Assembly: GCA_905182615.1 (NCBI GenBank)
Contig: CAJJCG010000034.1
Coordinates: forward strand, 1-64,000
From: Alphaproteobacteria bacterium UBA2964
Lineage (GTDB): Bacteria > Pseudomonadota > Alphaproteobacteria > MPNO01 > UBA2964
Length of the DNA: 64,000 nucleotides
Reading direction: 5' to 3'
The translations under genes were made by a program, and so were the position numbers. Shown here piece after piece: positions 18,964 to 28,282 of the stretch. The notes below the pieces were generated by a model that was not told where the DNA came from, ran no database searches, and worked only from the letters and a program-made list of their open reading frames with translations. The number at the start of each line of letters is the position of its first letter. Position 1 is the stretch's first letter.

Positions 18964-19324
18964 ACGATATGACTACCCATTTTCTCCAAGTTTGACTATC
19001 TCGGCATTCCCCAGTTTAGCGGTTGCGTCATATCCTTCAGTCATTCTTCGCAATCTCCTTTCCTATAAAGTTCATTACCAACATTCGCACCAACCCAGGC
19101 TCGGGATAGAGATCGTGTAGCACTGAAACTGTTGGCTGACCGAGATCAGTTCTGGACGTCATCGGGTTCAATCGGCATATTTTTGGTCCTTGAAAGATCT
19201 ATGCAGTGGTTTTGCGGAATACGTCGCTGAGATTAAGTGGCGACAGCATAGGGGCTGACAGGACTATATGAACGAAATAGAGAAAAATTTTAACCACAAC
19301 TATAATAAAGAGAGGCTTTATCAC

Positions 19325-20305
19325 ATGAAGAAAGTGTTTTTAGCGACTACAATGGCACTGGCTGTGTCGTTTCCGGTCTTTAGCCCGCCACAGGCGTTTG
19401 CTGAAGAAGTGACACTAAAATTGGTTTCGATGCTGCCCAAGAAGACAGCGATCGGGGCTACCTTCAATGGCTTCATCAATCGCCTTAACGAAAAATTTAA
19501 GGGTGAGTTTAAGATTGACTGGCGTGGTGGCCCGGAAGTAGTTCCGCAATTCAAGCAGCCTAATACGGTGCGTATCGGCGCGGTCGACATGACTTTGACG
19601 AGTCCGAGCTATGCGAATGGGATTTTGAACGTTTCGGGTGCTGCCAACTATTCCAACAAGCAGTATACCGAAATTAAATCCACGGGTTACCTTGACTACA
19701 TGACCAAGCTGCATGCCGCGAAAGGCCTTGTCTATATTGGTGAGCTGCCGGTTTCTAAATTGCTCTTCCACGTCTTCCTCAAGAAACCGATTAAGACGCT
19801 CAGCGACTTCAAAGGATTGAAAATCCGTGTATTCCCAGCCATCGCACCGGCGATGAAGGCGTTGGGGGCCAACCCAATTGTCCTTCCCATGCCTGCAATC
19901 TATACAGCCATGGAGCGCGGTGTTGTGTCAGGCTTCGTGACCGGAGTCGCGGGCGTTGCCAAGCAGTTTAAAGGCCTGACCAAAGCCTATGTGGCGCAGG
20001 GCTTCTATCGCGCGACGTTCCATCTTCTGGCAAACCCAAAGACTTGGGCTAAGGTTCCAGCCGCAACGCGAGCCAAGGTTATCGACTTCGTCCGCAACGT
20101 CGAGCCTGCGACGTATGAAGCAAGCTGGGATGCCCGTCTCGAGGAGGGATATGCCGCGCTTAAGAAAGATGGTGTACAAGCGGTTCGGTTCTCAGCCGCC
20201 GAAACGGAAAAGTTCAAGCAGATCGTTCATAACGCTGCTTGGGACGCTGTCAAAAAGAAGGCTCCTAAGGAAGGCGCCAAGCTGCAAAAGATGCTGTTGA
20301 AGTAA
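19325..20305 (+). CDS. TRAP transporter substrate-binding protein (DctP family)
   Basis: Signal peptide MKKVFLATTMALAVSFPVFSPPQAFA, DctP-like body, and followed directly by Q and M subunits. The start is moved to ATG 19325. Confidence 0.9.
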   Translation: MKKVFLATTMALAVSFPVFSPPQAFAEEVTLKLVSMLPKKTAIGATFNGFINRLNEKFKGEFKIDWRGGPEVVPQFKQPNTVRIGAVDMTLTSPSYANGILNVSGAANYSNKQYTEIKSTGYLDYMTKLHAAKGLVYIGELPVSKLLFHVFLKKPIKTLSDFKGLKIRVFPAIAPAMKALGANPIVLPMPAIYTAMERGVVSGFVTGVAGVAKQFKGLTKAYVAQGFYRATFHLLANPKTWAKVPAATRAKVIDFVRNVEPATYEASWDARLEEGYAALKKDGVQAVRFSAAETEKFKQIVHNAAWDAVKKKAPKEGAKLQKMLLK

Positions 20306-20425
20306 ATACAGCCCCTAATGCAAGAAATACTAAATTCGACCTGGTTGGTGACCCTTAGGGGTAATCAGCTAGGTCGATTATTATAAATCAATTGAATACA
20401 GCTTCACTCGACAGAACGGCACCTA

Positions 20426-20956
20426 ATGCGGCAGGTACTAATAACAGCAGGACAATGGCTTGACCGAGTAAACCGGTTCTTAGCTGTTATTGCTTGTACG
20501 CTTCTTATTCTCATCACCTTGGCGATTTGCATCGAGATCGTCAGCCGCTCATTCTTTGATATTTCGAATCCTTGGCTCGTCGAGCTAAGCGAGATTACGC
20601 TCTTATATACGACGTTCCTGGCGGGAGCGTGGGTACTCGGACGCGAGAAACACATTGCCATTGATTTAATTATCGACAGTATCAACCCGAGGACGGCCAG
20701 AGTTTTACATTTTGTGCTGTCACTGGTCGCTGGAGCGGCTTGTTTCATCGTGTGCTGGTTCGGAATCGTTACGGTGATCGACCAGTACCAAAACGATATT
20801 CGTGAGCCCACTATCATGGCGCCGATGACTTTCTGGATCACAGCTGTCGTGCCATTTGGGCTGTCTCTCCTGGGAATAGGGTTTCTGCGGCGCGGTGTGA
20901 GGGCACTTTTGGGACTCCCCATGGCTGTCGACGGACCTAGTGCAGAGGAGGCATAG
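20426..20956 (+). CDS. TRAP transporter small permease (DctQ family)
   Basis: 176 aa with four TM helices, positioned between the P and M subunits. Confidence 0.85.
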   Translation: MRQVLITAGQWLDRVNRFLAVIACTLLILITLAICIEIVSRSFFDISNPWLVELSEITLLYTTFLAGAWVLGREKHIAIDLIIDSINPRTARVLHFVLSLVAGAACFIVCWFGIVTVIDQYQNDIREPTIMAPMTFWITAVVPFGLSLLGIGFLRRGVRALLGLPMAVDGPSAEEA

Positions 20957-20958
20957 CA

Positions 20959-22272
20959 ATGTTGTGGTGGGAATCATTTCTAATCATCATGAGCTGTCTC
21001 TTCGTGCTCATGTTCATCGGTATGCCAGTCGCATTTTCATTTTTGGTGATTAACATCATTGGTGCGTTTTTGTTCTTTGGTGGTATGAGCGGTCTTTTAC
21101 AACTCGTTATCCAGATATCAGAATCGTTGAGCACATTTACCCTAGTGCCGGTCGCCCTTTTCCTAGTCATGGGCGAGATCATGTTTCACTCCGGAATTGG
21201 GTATAATCTTTTGGATACGCTCGACAAATGGTTTGGAAGCCTTAAAGGGCGTCTCGCCCTCATGGCGGTCGGCGGCGGCGTTTTGTTCTCGACGCTTACC
21301 GGGAATAGTATGGGAAGCGTTGCTCTCCTCGGGTCATCCTTGGTGCCGGAAATGGAGAAACGCGGCTACGGTAAACCCATGTCTTTGGGCCCAATTTTAG
21401 GCAGCGGCGGCTTGGCGATAATGATTCCTCCCAGTGGCCTCGCTGTTCTCCTGGGCGTTGTAGCGGAGTTATCCATTGGCCAAATACTTATCGCCATCAT
21501 CCTCCCGGGCATCATCATGGCGGTGCTGTACACACTTTATATCATCGGTCGTTGTACCTTTGACCCAAAGGTCGCTCCGGCCTTCGAGGTCGAGTCAGTC
21601 CCTTTGTCAGAAAAACTCAAAGCAACAGCCATTCACATATTACCTGTCGGATTTATCATCTTTATGGTGGTTGGTGTGATCTTTGCGGGACTTGCCACAC
21701 CGAGCGAGTCAGCGGCGTCAGGCGCGTTTGCGACGTTCTTGTTGGCCACCGTCCAAGGACGCATGAGCTGGACGGTCTTTCGCAAGGCTATGATCGGCAG
21801 CCTGGAAATTTCGGTAATGCTGCTGTTTATCATTTCAGGAGCGTTGGCCTTTACCCAAATTCTCGCCTTCACTGGTGCAACAGAGGGACTTGTCAATTTA
21901 GTCCTTAGTTTTGATGTCAGCCCAATGGCCGTTGTGGGTCTCATGCTGGTTACTGTCATAGTGCTCGGCATGCTTATGAGTCCGGTACCCATAATGCTCG
22001 TGACCTTGCCGGTCTTCATACCGGTCGTCGAGAAACTCGGCTTCAACTCCATCTGGTTTGCGGTTCTCTACTTAATCGCCATCGAGACTGGGTCTACGTC
22101 GCCACCATTTGGTGCGGGCTTGTTTGTCATGAAAGGTGTGGCGCCAAAAGGGACAACCATGAACGAGATCTACCGTGCCGCGGTACCATTCCTAATATGT
22201 GATTTGATGGCCATCGTGATCATAATGTTTGTGCCGGCGATTGTATTCTGGCCGCTTAGCTTCATGAACTAA
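20959..22272 (+). CDS. TRAP transporter large permease (DctM family)
   Basis: 437 aa, polytopic, with DctM signatures (LVPVALFLVMGEIM, IETGSTSPPFGAGLFVMKGVAP). Confidence 0.92.
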   Translation: MLWWESFLIIMSCLFVLMFIGMPVAFSFLVINIIGAFLFFGGMSGLLQLVIQISESLSTFTLVPVALFLVMGEIMFHSGIGYNLLDTLDKWFGSLKGRLALMAVGGGVLFSTLTGNSMGSVALLGSSLVPEMEKRGYGKPMSLGPILGSGGLAIMIPPSGLAVLLGVVAELSIGQILIAIILPGIIMAVLYTLYIIGRCTFDPKVAPAFEVESVPLSEKLKATAIHILPVGFIIFMVVGVIFAGLATPSESAASGAFATFLLATVQGRMSWTVFRKAMIGSLEISVMLLFIISGALAFTQILAFTGATEGLVNLVLSFDVSPMAVVGLMLVTVIVLGMLMSPVPIMLVTLPVFIPVVEKLGFNSIWFAVLYLIAIETGSTSPPFGAGLFVMKGVAPKGTTMNEIYRAAVPFLICDLMAIVIIMFVPAIVFWPLSFMN

Positions 22273-22355
22273 CGATAGGGATTCCCGGGCTGACTTGTTT
22301 ACAGCATTGGGAGGTTGATTGTTGTCGTCTTATCTTGTCGCTGTTTCAACTATGC

Positions 22356-22379
22356 ATTTCTAGACTTAGAATTTCTAGA
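22356..22379. promoter_or_regulatory. Direct repeat ATTTCTAGA (x2, 15-bp register) immediately upstream of the second sulfatase; candidate operator
   Basis: Copies lie at 22356-22364 and 22371-22379. The second copy contains the 8-bp palindrome TTCTAGAA, 15 nt before the start codon at 22394. Confidence 0.3.
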
Positions 22380-22393
22380 ATGAAAGAAATCTG

Positions 22394-23974
22394 ATGGTTA
22401 AAAAACGTCCCAACTTCATAATTTTTATGACGGATCAACAACGCGCTGACCATTTGGGGTGTTATGGAAATTCTGTCGTAAAGACCCCTAACATTGATTC
22501 TATAGCAGCTCGTGGCGTGCGCTTTGACAAATTCTATGTTTCAAACCCGGTTTGCCAACCCAATCGTGCCTGTCTCGCAACCGGACAACTAAGTAGCGTC
22601 AACGGGGCGCGGCACAATGGGATTGCTATGAGTTTAGACAGTGTGACCTATGCCGACGTCTTGCGCTCTTCTGGATATAAAACAGGGTTGATTGGTAAAG
22701 CGCATTTCCAAAACGTATCGCCTCTTCCGCCACCGCTGCGAGAAACAACAGGTGAAGGAATCGAACCTGATGAGGAAATGCGTCGTGCGCGACGGGACCA
22801 AAGATCAGGCGACGCTTATAAATGCGAAATTCGAAAATTATGGGCTGAAAACCCGGACCGTAAACTCCCTATGCCGTATTATGGGTTTGATCATGTTCGC
22901 TTGTGCATTGGCCATGGAGATCAAGTGGAGGGCCACTATTCCGGTTGGTTGAGAGATAAATTAGGCGGAAATCCTGATCCGCGCGGTCCCCAGAACGCCT
23001 TGGATGACAAGGCTGATCATGAACCACAAGTCTGGGCGACTGCGGTGCCTGAAGAGCTATATCCGACTCGCTATATAGAAGAGGAAGCGATCTCTTTTCT
23101 TAATCAGGCTGATGATGAAACACCCTTTGCATTAGTCGTTTCTTTTCCAGATCCGCATCACCCTTTTACACCGCCGGGACGTTTTAGGACGATGTATAAA
23201 CCCTCAGATGTGGCCATACCCGAAAGCTTTAACAGCCCAGTGAGTGAACGAGGCGATATTACGTCAAATACGCGCGCCACATACAAAATGGGAGATGACA
23301 ATCCTCATGCCTATTGGCCTTTTCATCCGACCGAGGAACATTTACGAAAAATGATCGCGCTAAATTATGGGTCAATTTCATTTGTTGACGAAGCGATTGG
23401 CAACATTCTGACTAAATTGGACAAAACTGGTAAGGCTCAAGACACAATTTTATGTTTTATGTCCGACCACGGAGACTATATGGGAGATCATGGAACCGTG
23501 TTGAAACAGGGACTGCATTACAACGGTGTCATTCGTGTGCCTTTTATCTGGTCAGATCCGCGGGCAGCTAATGATCAATCTAAGACTGACCTACAAGGCA
23601 GCGCAATTGATTTTGCCCCAACTGTTCTCCAACGCGCAGGGCTCAAGGTGCCCATTGGTATGCAGGGCGTTGATTTATTTGCCGCAGATACTGAAAACAG
23701 ACCGGTATTGATCGAAGATCAGGGCACCCAAATTTACGTTCATGGAGACTCGCAATGCGCGATAATTTCTGTGGTTCACGATGGTTGGCGAATTAGCTTA
23801 TTTGAGGGCGAGGATATTGGTGAGTTATTTGATCTCAACAATGATCCAATCGAAATGAATAATCTCTGGGCTGAGCCAAATGTGGCGGCGAAAAAGTTCG
23901 ATATGCTCTATATTTTAGCGCTTCAACAACTCAAGCTTCGAGATAGATCACTCTGTGCCACTGCCCAAGCTTAA
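22394..23974 (+). CDS. Cys-type sulfatase, no signal peptide
   Basis: 526 aa with N-terminus MVKKRPNFIIFMTDQQRADH. The CxPxR motif is C-Q-P-N-R (SNPVCQPNRACLATGQ), followed later by SDHGDYMGDHG. Confidence 0.9.
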   Translation: MVKKRPNFIIFMTDQQRADHLGCYGNSVVKTPNIDSIAARGVRFDKFYVSNPVCQPNRACLATGQLSSVNGARHNGIAMSLDSVTYADVLRSSGYKTGLIGKAHFQNVSPLPPPLRETTGEGIEPDEEMRRARRDQRSGDAYKCEIRKLWAENPDRKLPMPYYGFDHVRLCIGHGDQVEGHYSGWLRDKLGGNPDPRGPQNALDDKADHEPQVWATAVPEELYPTRYIEEEAISFLNQADDETPFALVVSFPDPHHPFTPPGRFRTMYKPSDVAIPESFNSPVSERGDITSNTRATYKMGDDNPHAYWPFHPTEEHLRKMIALNYGSISFVDEAIGNILTKLDKTGKAQDTILCFMSDHGDYMGDHGTVLKQGLHYNGVIRVPFIWSDPRAANDQSKTDLQGSAIDFAPTVLQRAGLKVPIGMQGVDLFAADTENRPVLIEDQGTQIYVHGDSQCAIISVVHDGWRISLFEGEDIGELFDLNNDPIEMNNLWAEPNVAAKKFDMLYILALQQLKLRDRSLCATAQA

Positions 23975-24048
23975 TCCAATGTAATGGAAGTCTCACCGTT
24001 CGCTTATATTCGACGTCGAGCGACTGGAGGATTGGGCACAGTAAATAG

Positions 24049-24393
24049 CGCCGGGCGGTTCTTTCGCCCTTACTAAGATCGATCACTGGTACTGCACATT
24101 TAGCTTATTTACCCCCCGAACGCGTTGTTGGTATCAGCAAGCTGGCGCGGGTAGTTGATGGTTTTGCACGTCGTCTGCAAACTCAAGAAACCCCTCCCGC
24201 ACAAATAGCGCGTTGTATCGAACAGGCACTTAAGCCTTGAGGCGTTGCGGTCATCATCAAGGTACAACATCAATGCCTGACGACGCGTGGTGTCAATAAA
24301 TCCGGTGTGGCAATGGTGACGAGGATCATGATCGGAATCTTTGATAGCGATCCGGTAATGGAGCGACCGCCGATGGATTTGATAAATTCCTAA
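24049..24393 (+). pseudogene. folE: GTP cyclohydrolase I (FolE) C-terminal remnant with an in-frame TGA
   Basis: Own translation, not in the track: ...[50 protein letters not shown](24238-24240)-GVAVIIKVQHQCLTTRGVNKSGVAMVT...-TAA(24391). The N-terminal part of the gene is missing. Confidence 0.7.
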
Positions 24394-24775
24394 TAGTAGA
24401 AATTTGTGGTCGTCGATCAACAAAGTAGATCCCGTGATCAAAAATATTCCATGCTAGGCCGGAACGGGTAGTATTGATAATGCGTTAATTTCTGGAAGAC
24501 AGAGGTTTATCTTTGCGGTCACGGCCAACATTACCGCGGTGGAGCCCGGTGAATGCCGGAAAATATACTAACCGCACAAAGGGGCTATCAGCGCGCTGAA
24601 AACAAACGCCATCGAATAAAGCAGACGGGTCTTCGCCCACTTACTGAAAACCTTTCTACCGGTCGAATAGAGAAATCACTGACCAAATCGAGGTCAAATT
24701 AACTTGTCATTTATTCAAAAGGCGGGGAGACAATAAATATTGAGTGTTTAATATGCTTCGGCTTTTTAGTGTTAA

Positions 24776-25600
24776 TTAACGGTTTCCCTTAAGACGAAAC
24801 ACCACTGGAAGGTCGATGCTGGCTTTTATCGGACTTTTCCCGCGTAGCGCTGGCTGAAAGTGCCAACCTTTGATTGCTTTCATTGCGGCAACGTCAAGTA
24901 AAGTGTGCCCGCTCGATTCCAGCACTTTTAAAATGCTCGGTCGTCCTAGGGGGCTTACCGTGACCCGAAGGATTAGCCGTCCTTCAAGTCCCAGGTGGCG
25001 CGCTCGGCGGGGATATTGGGGTAATAAATTTTCTGCCAGAGTATCGAGTTTTGGGGGCACAATCGGCACAGTTGATGAAATTTTTTTTACGGCGATTGAA
25101 CGGGAATTACCAATTGAGCCAGATGTTGTTGACATCACATTTGACGATTTAGCCTTTTTTTGTGGTGAGAGAGGTTTTGTTTTATTTGCCCTAATTGTTG
25201 TTTCGGTTGAAGAACTTAGTAGTCCGGGTTTTTTGAGGTTCTCTGGTCGAAAAAGGTTAGGTCTGGGTTTTGGTATAGTCGCAAAGATGATTTTTTTCGT
25301 TGTCTTTATTAAATTTTGTTTCTGTGTAATACGTCGTGAGAGGTTATCGATTCCAGACGGTGAAATTTTTACTGGTTTTATTCTTTTCGTTTCGGTTGTG
25401 CCTTGTTCTGCGGATGTGAAGTCTGTTGTAATCTCAACATTAAAGATCTGTGCTGGAATTGGCGCTGAATGATTGCTGTCCATCATTAGTATCGTTACTA
25501 GTAGGGCTAAATGTCCAAAAAATGAAATTAAAACAGAGAAAAGCCACGCGTTGTGTGTGCGTGCAATTGGTGCATGAAAATAACGCACCGGCTCAATCAT
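24776..25600 (-). CDS. tonB: Energy transducer TonB
   Basis: N-terminal TM anchor, a Pro/Lys-rich spacer, and a C-terminal TonB domain (YPRRARHLGLEGRLILRVTVSPLGR...KGWHFQPA). It overlaps the upstream ABC ATPase by 4 nt. Confidence 0.85.
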   Translation of the reverse strand: MIEPVRYFHAPIARTHNAWLFSVLISFFGHLALLVTILMMDSNHSAPIPAQIFNVEITTDFTSAEQGTTETKRIKPVKISPSGIDNLSRRITQKQNLIKTTKKIIFATIPKPRPNLFRPENLKKPGLLSSSTETTIRANKTKPLSPQKKAKSSNVMSTTSGSIGNSRSIAVKKISSTVPIVPPKLDTLAENLLPQYPRRARHLGLEGRLILRVTVSPLGRPSILKVLESSGHTLLDVAAMKAIKGWHFQPALRGKSPIKASIDLPVVFRLKGNR

Positions 25601-26406
25601 GGAGTGCCGTTTCCTAGCCTGGCTTTTACCTTTTCAATTGTTGTATGCTGCAATACATGCAGTTCGCCGCCTTGTTCAAGAACCGAGGCATCGATTGAAA
25701 AGACGCGAGCTAAATTTTTGGCGGTTAAAATTTGTTTGGGCGCGCCAGAAGCAGCAATTTTTCCATTGAGGAGTAGAATAATTCGATCACAAAAGCGTGC
25801 CGCCAATGTTAGATCGTGCAGAGCTGTTATGGCCGCGCCACAGTCATCCGCATGTTTGCGTATTAGCTCCATAACGCGCAGCTGATGATAAGGGTCCAAA
25901 TTTGAAATAGGTTCATCGGCTAAAAGGATCGACGCGCCGGTAACCAATGCTCGCGCGAGCATTACCCTCGCACGTTCTCCACTGGATATTGCATTCGCTG
26001 CACGCTTACTGAGATGGGCTACATTGCATCTCTCCATCGCGTGTATAACAGCGGCTTTGTCCTCTGCTGTTGGTCTACCCCAAACACCCATATGTGGAGC
26101 GCGCCCGAGGCCTACCAATCTTTCAACTGAAATAGGCCACTCGGTTGTTGCCCCTTGCTCTAGATAGGCCAGACGTCGTGCACGTTCGTGCGGTGTATGC
26201 TTGGTAATTGATTTCTCATCTAGCAGTATCGTTCCACGGTCGGGCATAATCAAATTTGATAAAGTTCGAAGCAGGGTTGTCTTGCCTGATGCATTGGGCC
26301 CGAGTAATCCGACCAGTTCTCCAGACTTTAGGTCGAGCGATATACCATTGAGTAAAGTTCGATCTCCAAGTCGTACATATAAATTATTTGCAACGAGGTG
26401 TCTCAT
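25597..26406 (-). CDS. ABC transporter ATP-binding protein, iron-chelate/cobalamin (FecE/BtuD-like) type
   Basis: Walker A GPNASGKTT, signature SSGERARV and Walker B ILLADEP. Confidence 0.92.
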   Translation of the reverse strand: MRHLVANNLYVRLGDRTLLNGISLDLKSGELVGLLGPNASGKTTLLRTLSNLIMPDRGTILLDEKSITKHTPHERARRLAYLEQGATTEWPISVERLVGLGRAPHMGVWGRPTAEDKAAVIHAMERCNVAHLSKRAANAISSGERARVMLARALVTGASILLADEPISNLDPYHQLRVMELIRKHADDCGAAITALHDLTLAARFCDRIILLLNGKIAASGAPKQILTAKNLARVFSIDASVLEQGGELHVLQHTTIEKVKARLGNGTP

Positions 26407-27410
26407 ATTGTTCCCCGACGCAGTTTTAAAAGTAAGAACAAGAAAAATGGGGCACCAATTAGAGACGTCACGACACCAAGTCGAATCTCAATACCCGTGG
26501 ATAAAAGCCGGACGGCTATGTCGGCAGCTATTACGAGCGCTGAGCCGCCTAGTAGTGACACGCCTAGCAATCTTCCTGGTTCAAAGCCCACAAAAGGCCG
26601 CAGTATGTGTGGTACAATTAGTCCTACAAAACCAATTGCGCCGGATATCGACACTGCAGCACCGACAGCGATAGCGATCCCTAGGACTAGACGTACGCGA
26701 AGCGTATTCAACGAAACACCGAGGCTTGATGCTGTATCCTCGCCGAGGCTTAGAATAGAGAGTGAACGTGCCCCGCTTAGCATCAGTACCCAACCAACTC
26801 CCATTGCTGGTGCCGCTAAAGCTACATGGGTCATAGAGCGGTCTGTTAGGGAGCCCATTAGCCAGAAGGTGATTTCTAGTGCGGCGTAAGCACTCGATGC
26901 TAGATTGATGGCTAATGCTGTTAGTGCGCTGGCGAAGCTTGAAATCGCGACGCCAGATAAGATTAGGGCAAGGGGAGAGGCATTCCGACCAGCTAATAAA
27001 AATAACATTGCTACGGCAATCAGAGCGCCAATCATCCCAGCGATGGGCAATGCTAATATTGAAATTTCGGCAAGACCAAAATAAAGCACTAGTGATGCAC
27101 CTAGCGCCGCACCGGATGAAGCTCCTATAATTCCTGGTTCCGCCAATGGATTGCGTAATAAGCCTTGCAACGTGGCTCCAGCAAGCCCTAGCGTTGCCCC
27201 AACTAGCGCCGCAAGGATAGTTCTGGGTAATCGGATTTGGTTGACAATAATGGCCGACGGCGACTGGTCTGGTGCAACCAATGCAGCCCAAACGGCATTG
27301 ATTGAAAGGGTCGATGGCCCGATAAACATAGACGTTATAAAAAGTAACCCAACAAGTAATGCTAACCCGGTATAGAGGGTGAAGGTCTTTTGGTGAGTTT
27401 TGCGGATCAT
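26403..27410 (-). CDS. FecCD/BtuC-family ABC permease
   Basis: Polytopic, with the FecCD pattern (RLPRTILAALVGATLGLAGATLQGLLRNPLAEPGIIG). The start is set at ATG 27410, which overlaps the upstream TGA (ATGA). Confidence 0.9.
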   Translation of the reverse strand: MIRKTHQKTFTLYTGLALLVGLLFITSMFIGPSTLSINAVWAALVAPDQSPSAIIVNQIRLPRTILAALVGATLGLAGATLQGLLRNPLAEPGIIGASSGAALGASLVLYFGLAEISILALPIAGMIGALIAVAMLFLLAGRNASPLALILSGVAISSFASALTALAINLASSAYAALEITFWLMGSLTDRSMTHVALAAPAMGVGWVLMLSGARSLSILSLGEDTASSLGVSLNTLRVRLVLGIAIAVGAAVSISGAIGFVGLIVPHILRPFVGFEPGRLLGVSLLGGSALVIAADIAVRLLSTGIEIRLGVVTSLIGAPFFLFLLLKLRRGTI

Positions 27411-28282
27411 TTCTTCAGACTGCGACGAATGGCTGCGAGTTGCTTGACCGCTAGGGCGGAGTACCACGCCCCACAGGACCATAATTTGTTGGGAATAAAT
27501 GCAATCTGCCAAGGACCCTTAGCTAGTACAGGGTGTGCATAGCCAGCACGGGAGAGTGATGGGTGCGGGTCATCTCCCATCCAGTTCACTAGAAGTGAGG
27601 GCCTCGCTGAGATAAGAGTTTCTAAGGGTAAATGACCGAGTGCCCCCATTTTTAACCGTACTGCTAGATTTTCAAAACCGGCAGAAATTAGTATAGAACT
27701 TTCAAGACTGCCACGTCCGCTAGTGAATCCCATAGGCTGGTATATAGCGGCGAGTGGTCGACTACCGTAAATGTCAGTTACGGCAGTTTCCAGCTGCTGA
27801 TCCATTTTGGCGATTAAAGTTTTCCCTTTTTTCGGATTTCCTAGAATGTCTGCTAGAAGCTGGATTTGTGCTCTGATGTCATCGAAATTTGTCGATAAGG
27901 CGAGCTCTAGCACTCTATAGCCCAGTGCCTGAAGAGATTCGATAGTGGCGCGCGCTGACATAAAACCGGCTAGAACGAGGTCAGGCCGTAGGGCGACGAC
28001 TTCCTCAGCCGTTCCATTATTGAGCTGTATTCCTTTTGCCGCATTCGCCATATACGATCGCGATTCGTCTGTTGCCAAATAGCTCAAGGAAGCGATTTGG
28101 GCTCTATTGGCCAGCGCAAGGGTGAATTGATCGGCGCATAGATGAATTGAAACTATGCGCTGCGGCATCTCTTCTGCGATGGCTAACTTTTCTACGATGG
28201 TTTGAAAAAACATTATGGCCAGAACAAATGCTGCCAGCCCGCCTCTATTTTCCATCGAGTGCGTTCCTTTTAACTCCATCAC
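27407..28282 (-). CDS. Periplasmic binding protein of the BtuF/FecB (cluster A-2) family
   Basis: The signal peptide starts at internal MENRGGLAAFVLAIMFF, followed by RIVSI..C..Q..L.L and the PDLVLA pattern. It lies in the operon between the receptor and the permease. Confidence 0.85.
   Translation of the reverse strand: MMELKGTHSMENRGGLAAFVLAIMFFQTIVEKLAIAEEMPQRIVSIHLCADQFTLALANRAQIASLSYLATDESRSYMANAAKGIQLNNGTAEEVVALRPDLVLAGFMSARATIESLQALGYRVLELALSTNFDDIRAQIQLLADILGNPKKGKTLIAKMDQQLETAVTDIYGSRPLAAIYQPMGFTSGRGSLESSILISAGFENLAVRLKMGALGHLPLETLISARPSLLVNWMGDDPHPSLSRAGYAHPVLAKGPWQIAFIPNKLWSCGAWYSALAVKQLAAIRRSLKK

Noticed and set aside
18964-19324. About 360-bp untranslated stretch upstream of dctP that might hide a regulator remnant or riboswitch. 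It includes a 23-codon minus-strand ORF, MTEGYDATAKLGNAEIVKLGENG.
   Set aside because: I see no recognisable RNA motif or protein family, and the ORF is too short to support.
20306-20425. Possible intercistronic hairpin between dctP and dctQ (CCCCTAA ... TTAGGGG, and CGACCT ... AGGTCG).
   Set aside because: The arms are only 6-7 bp and are separated by 28-32 nt loops, with no T-tract. This is not convincing as a terminator or a stabiliser.
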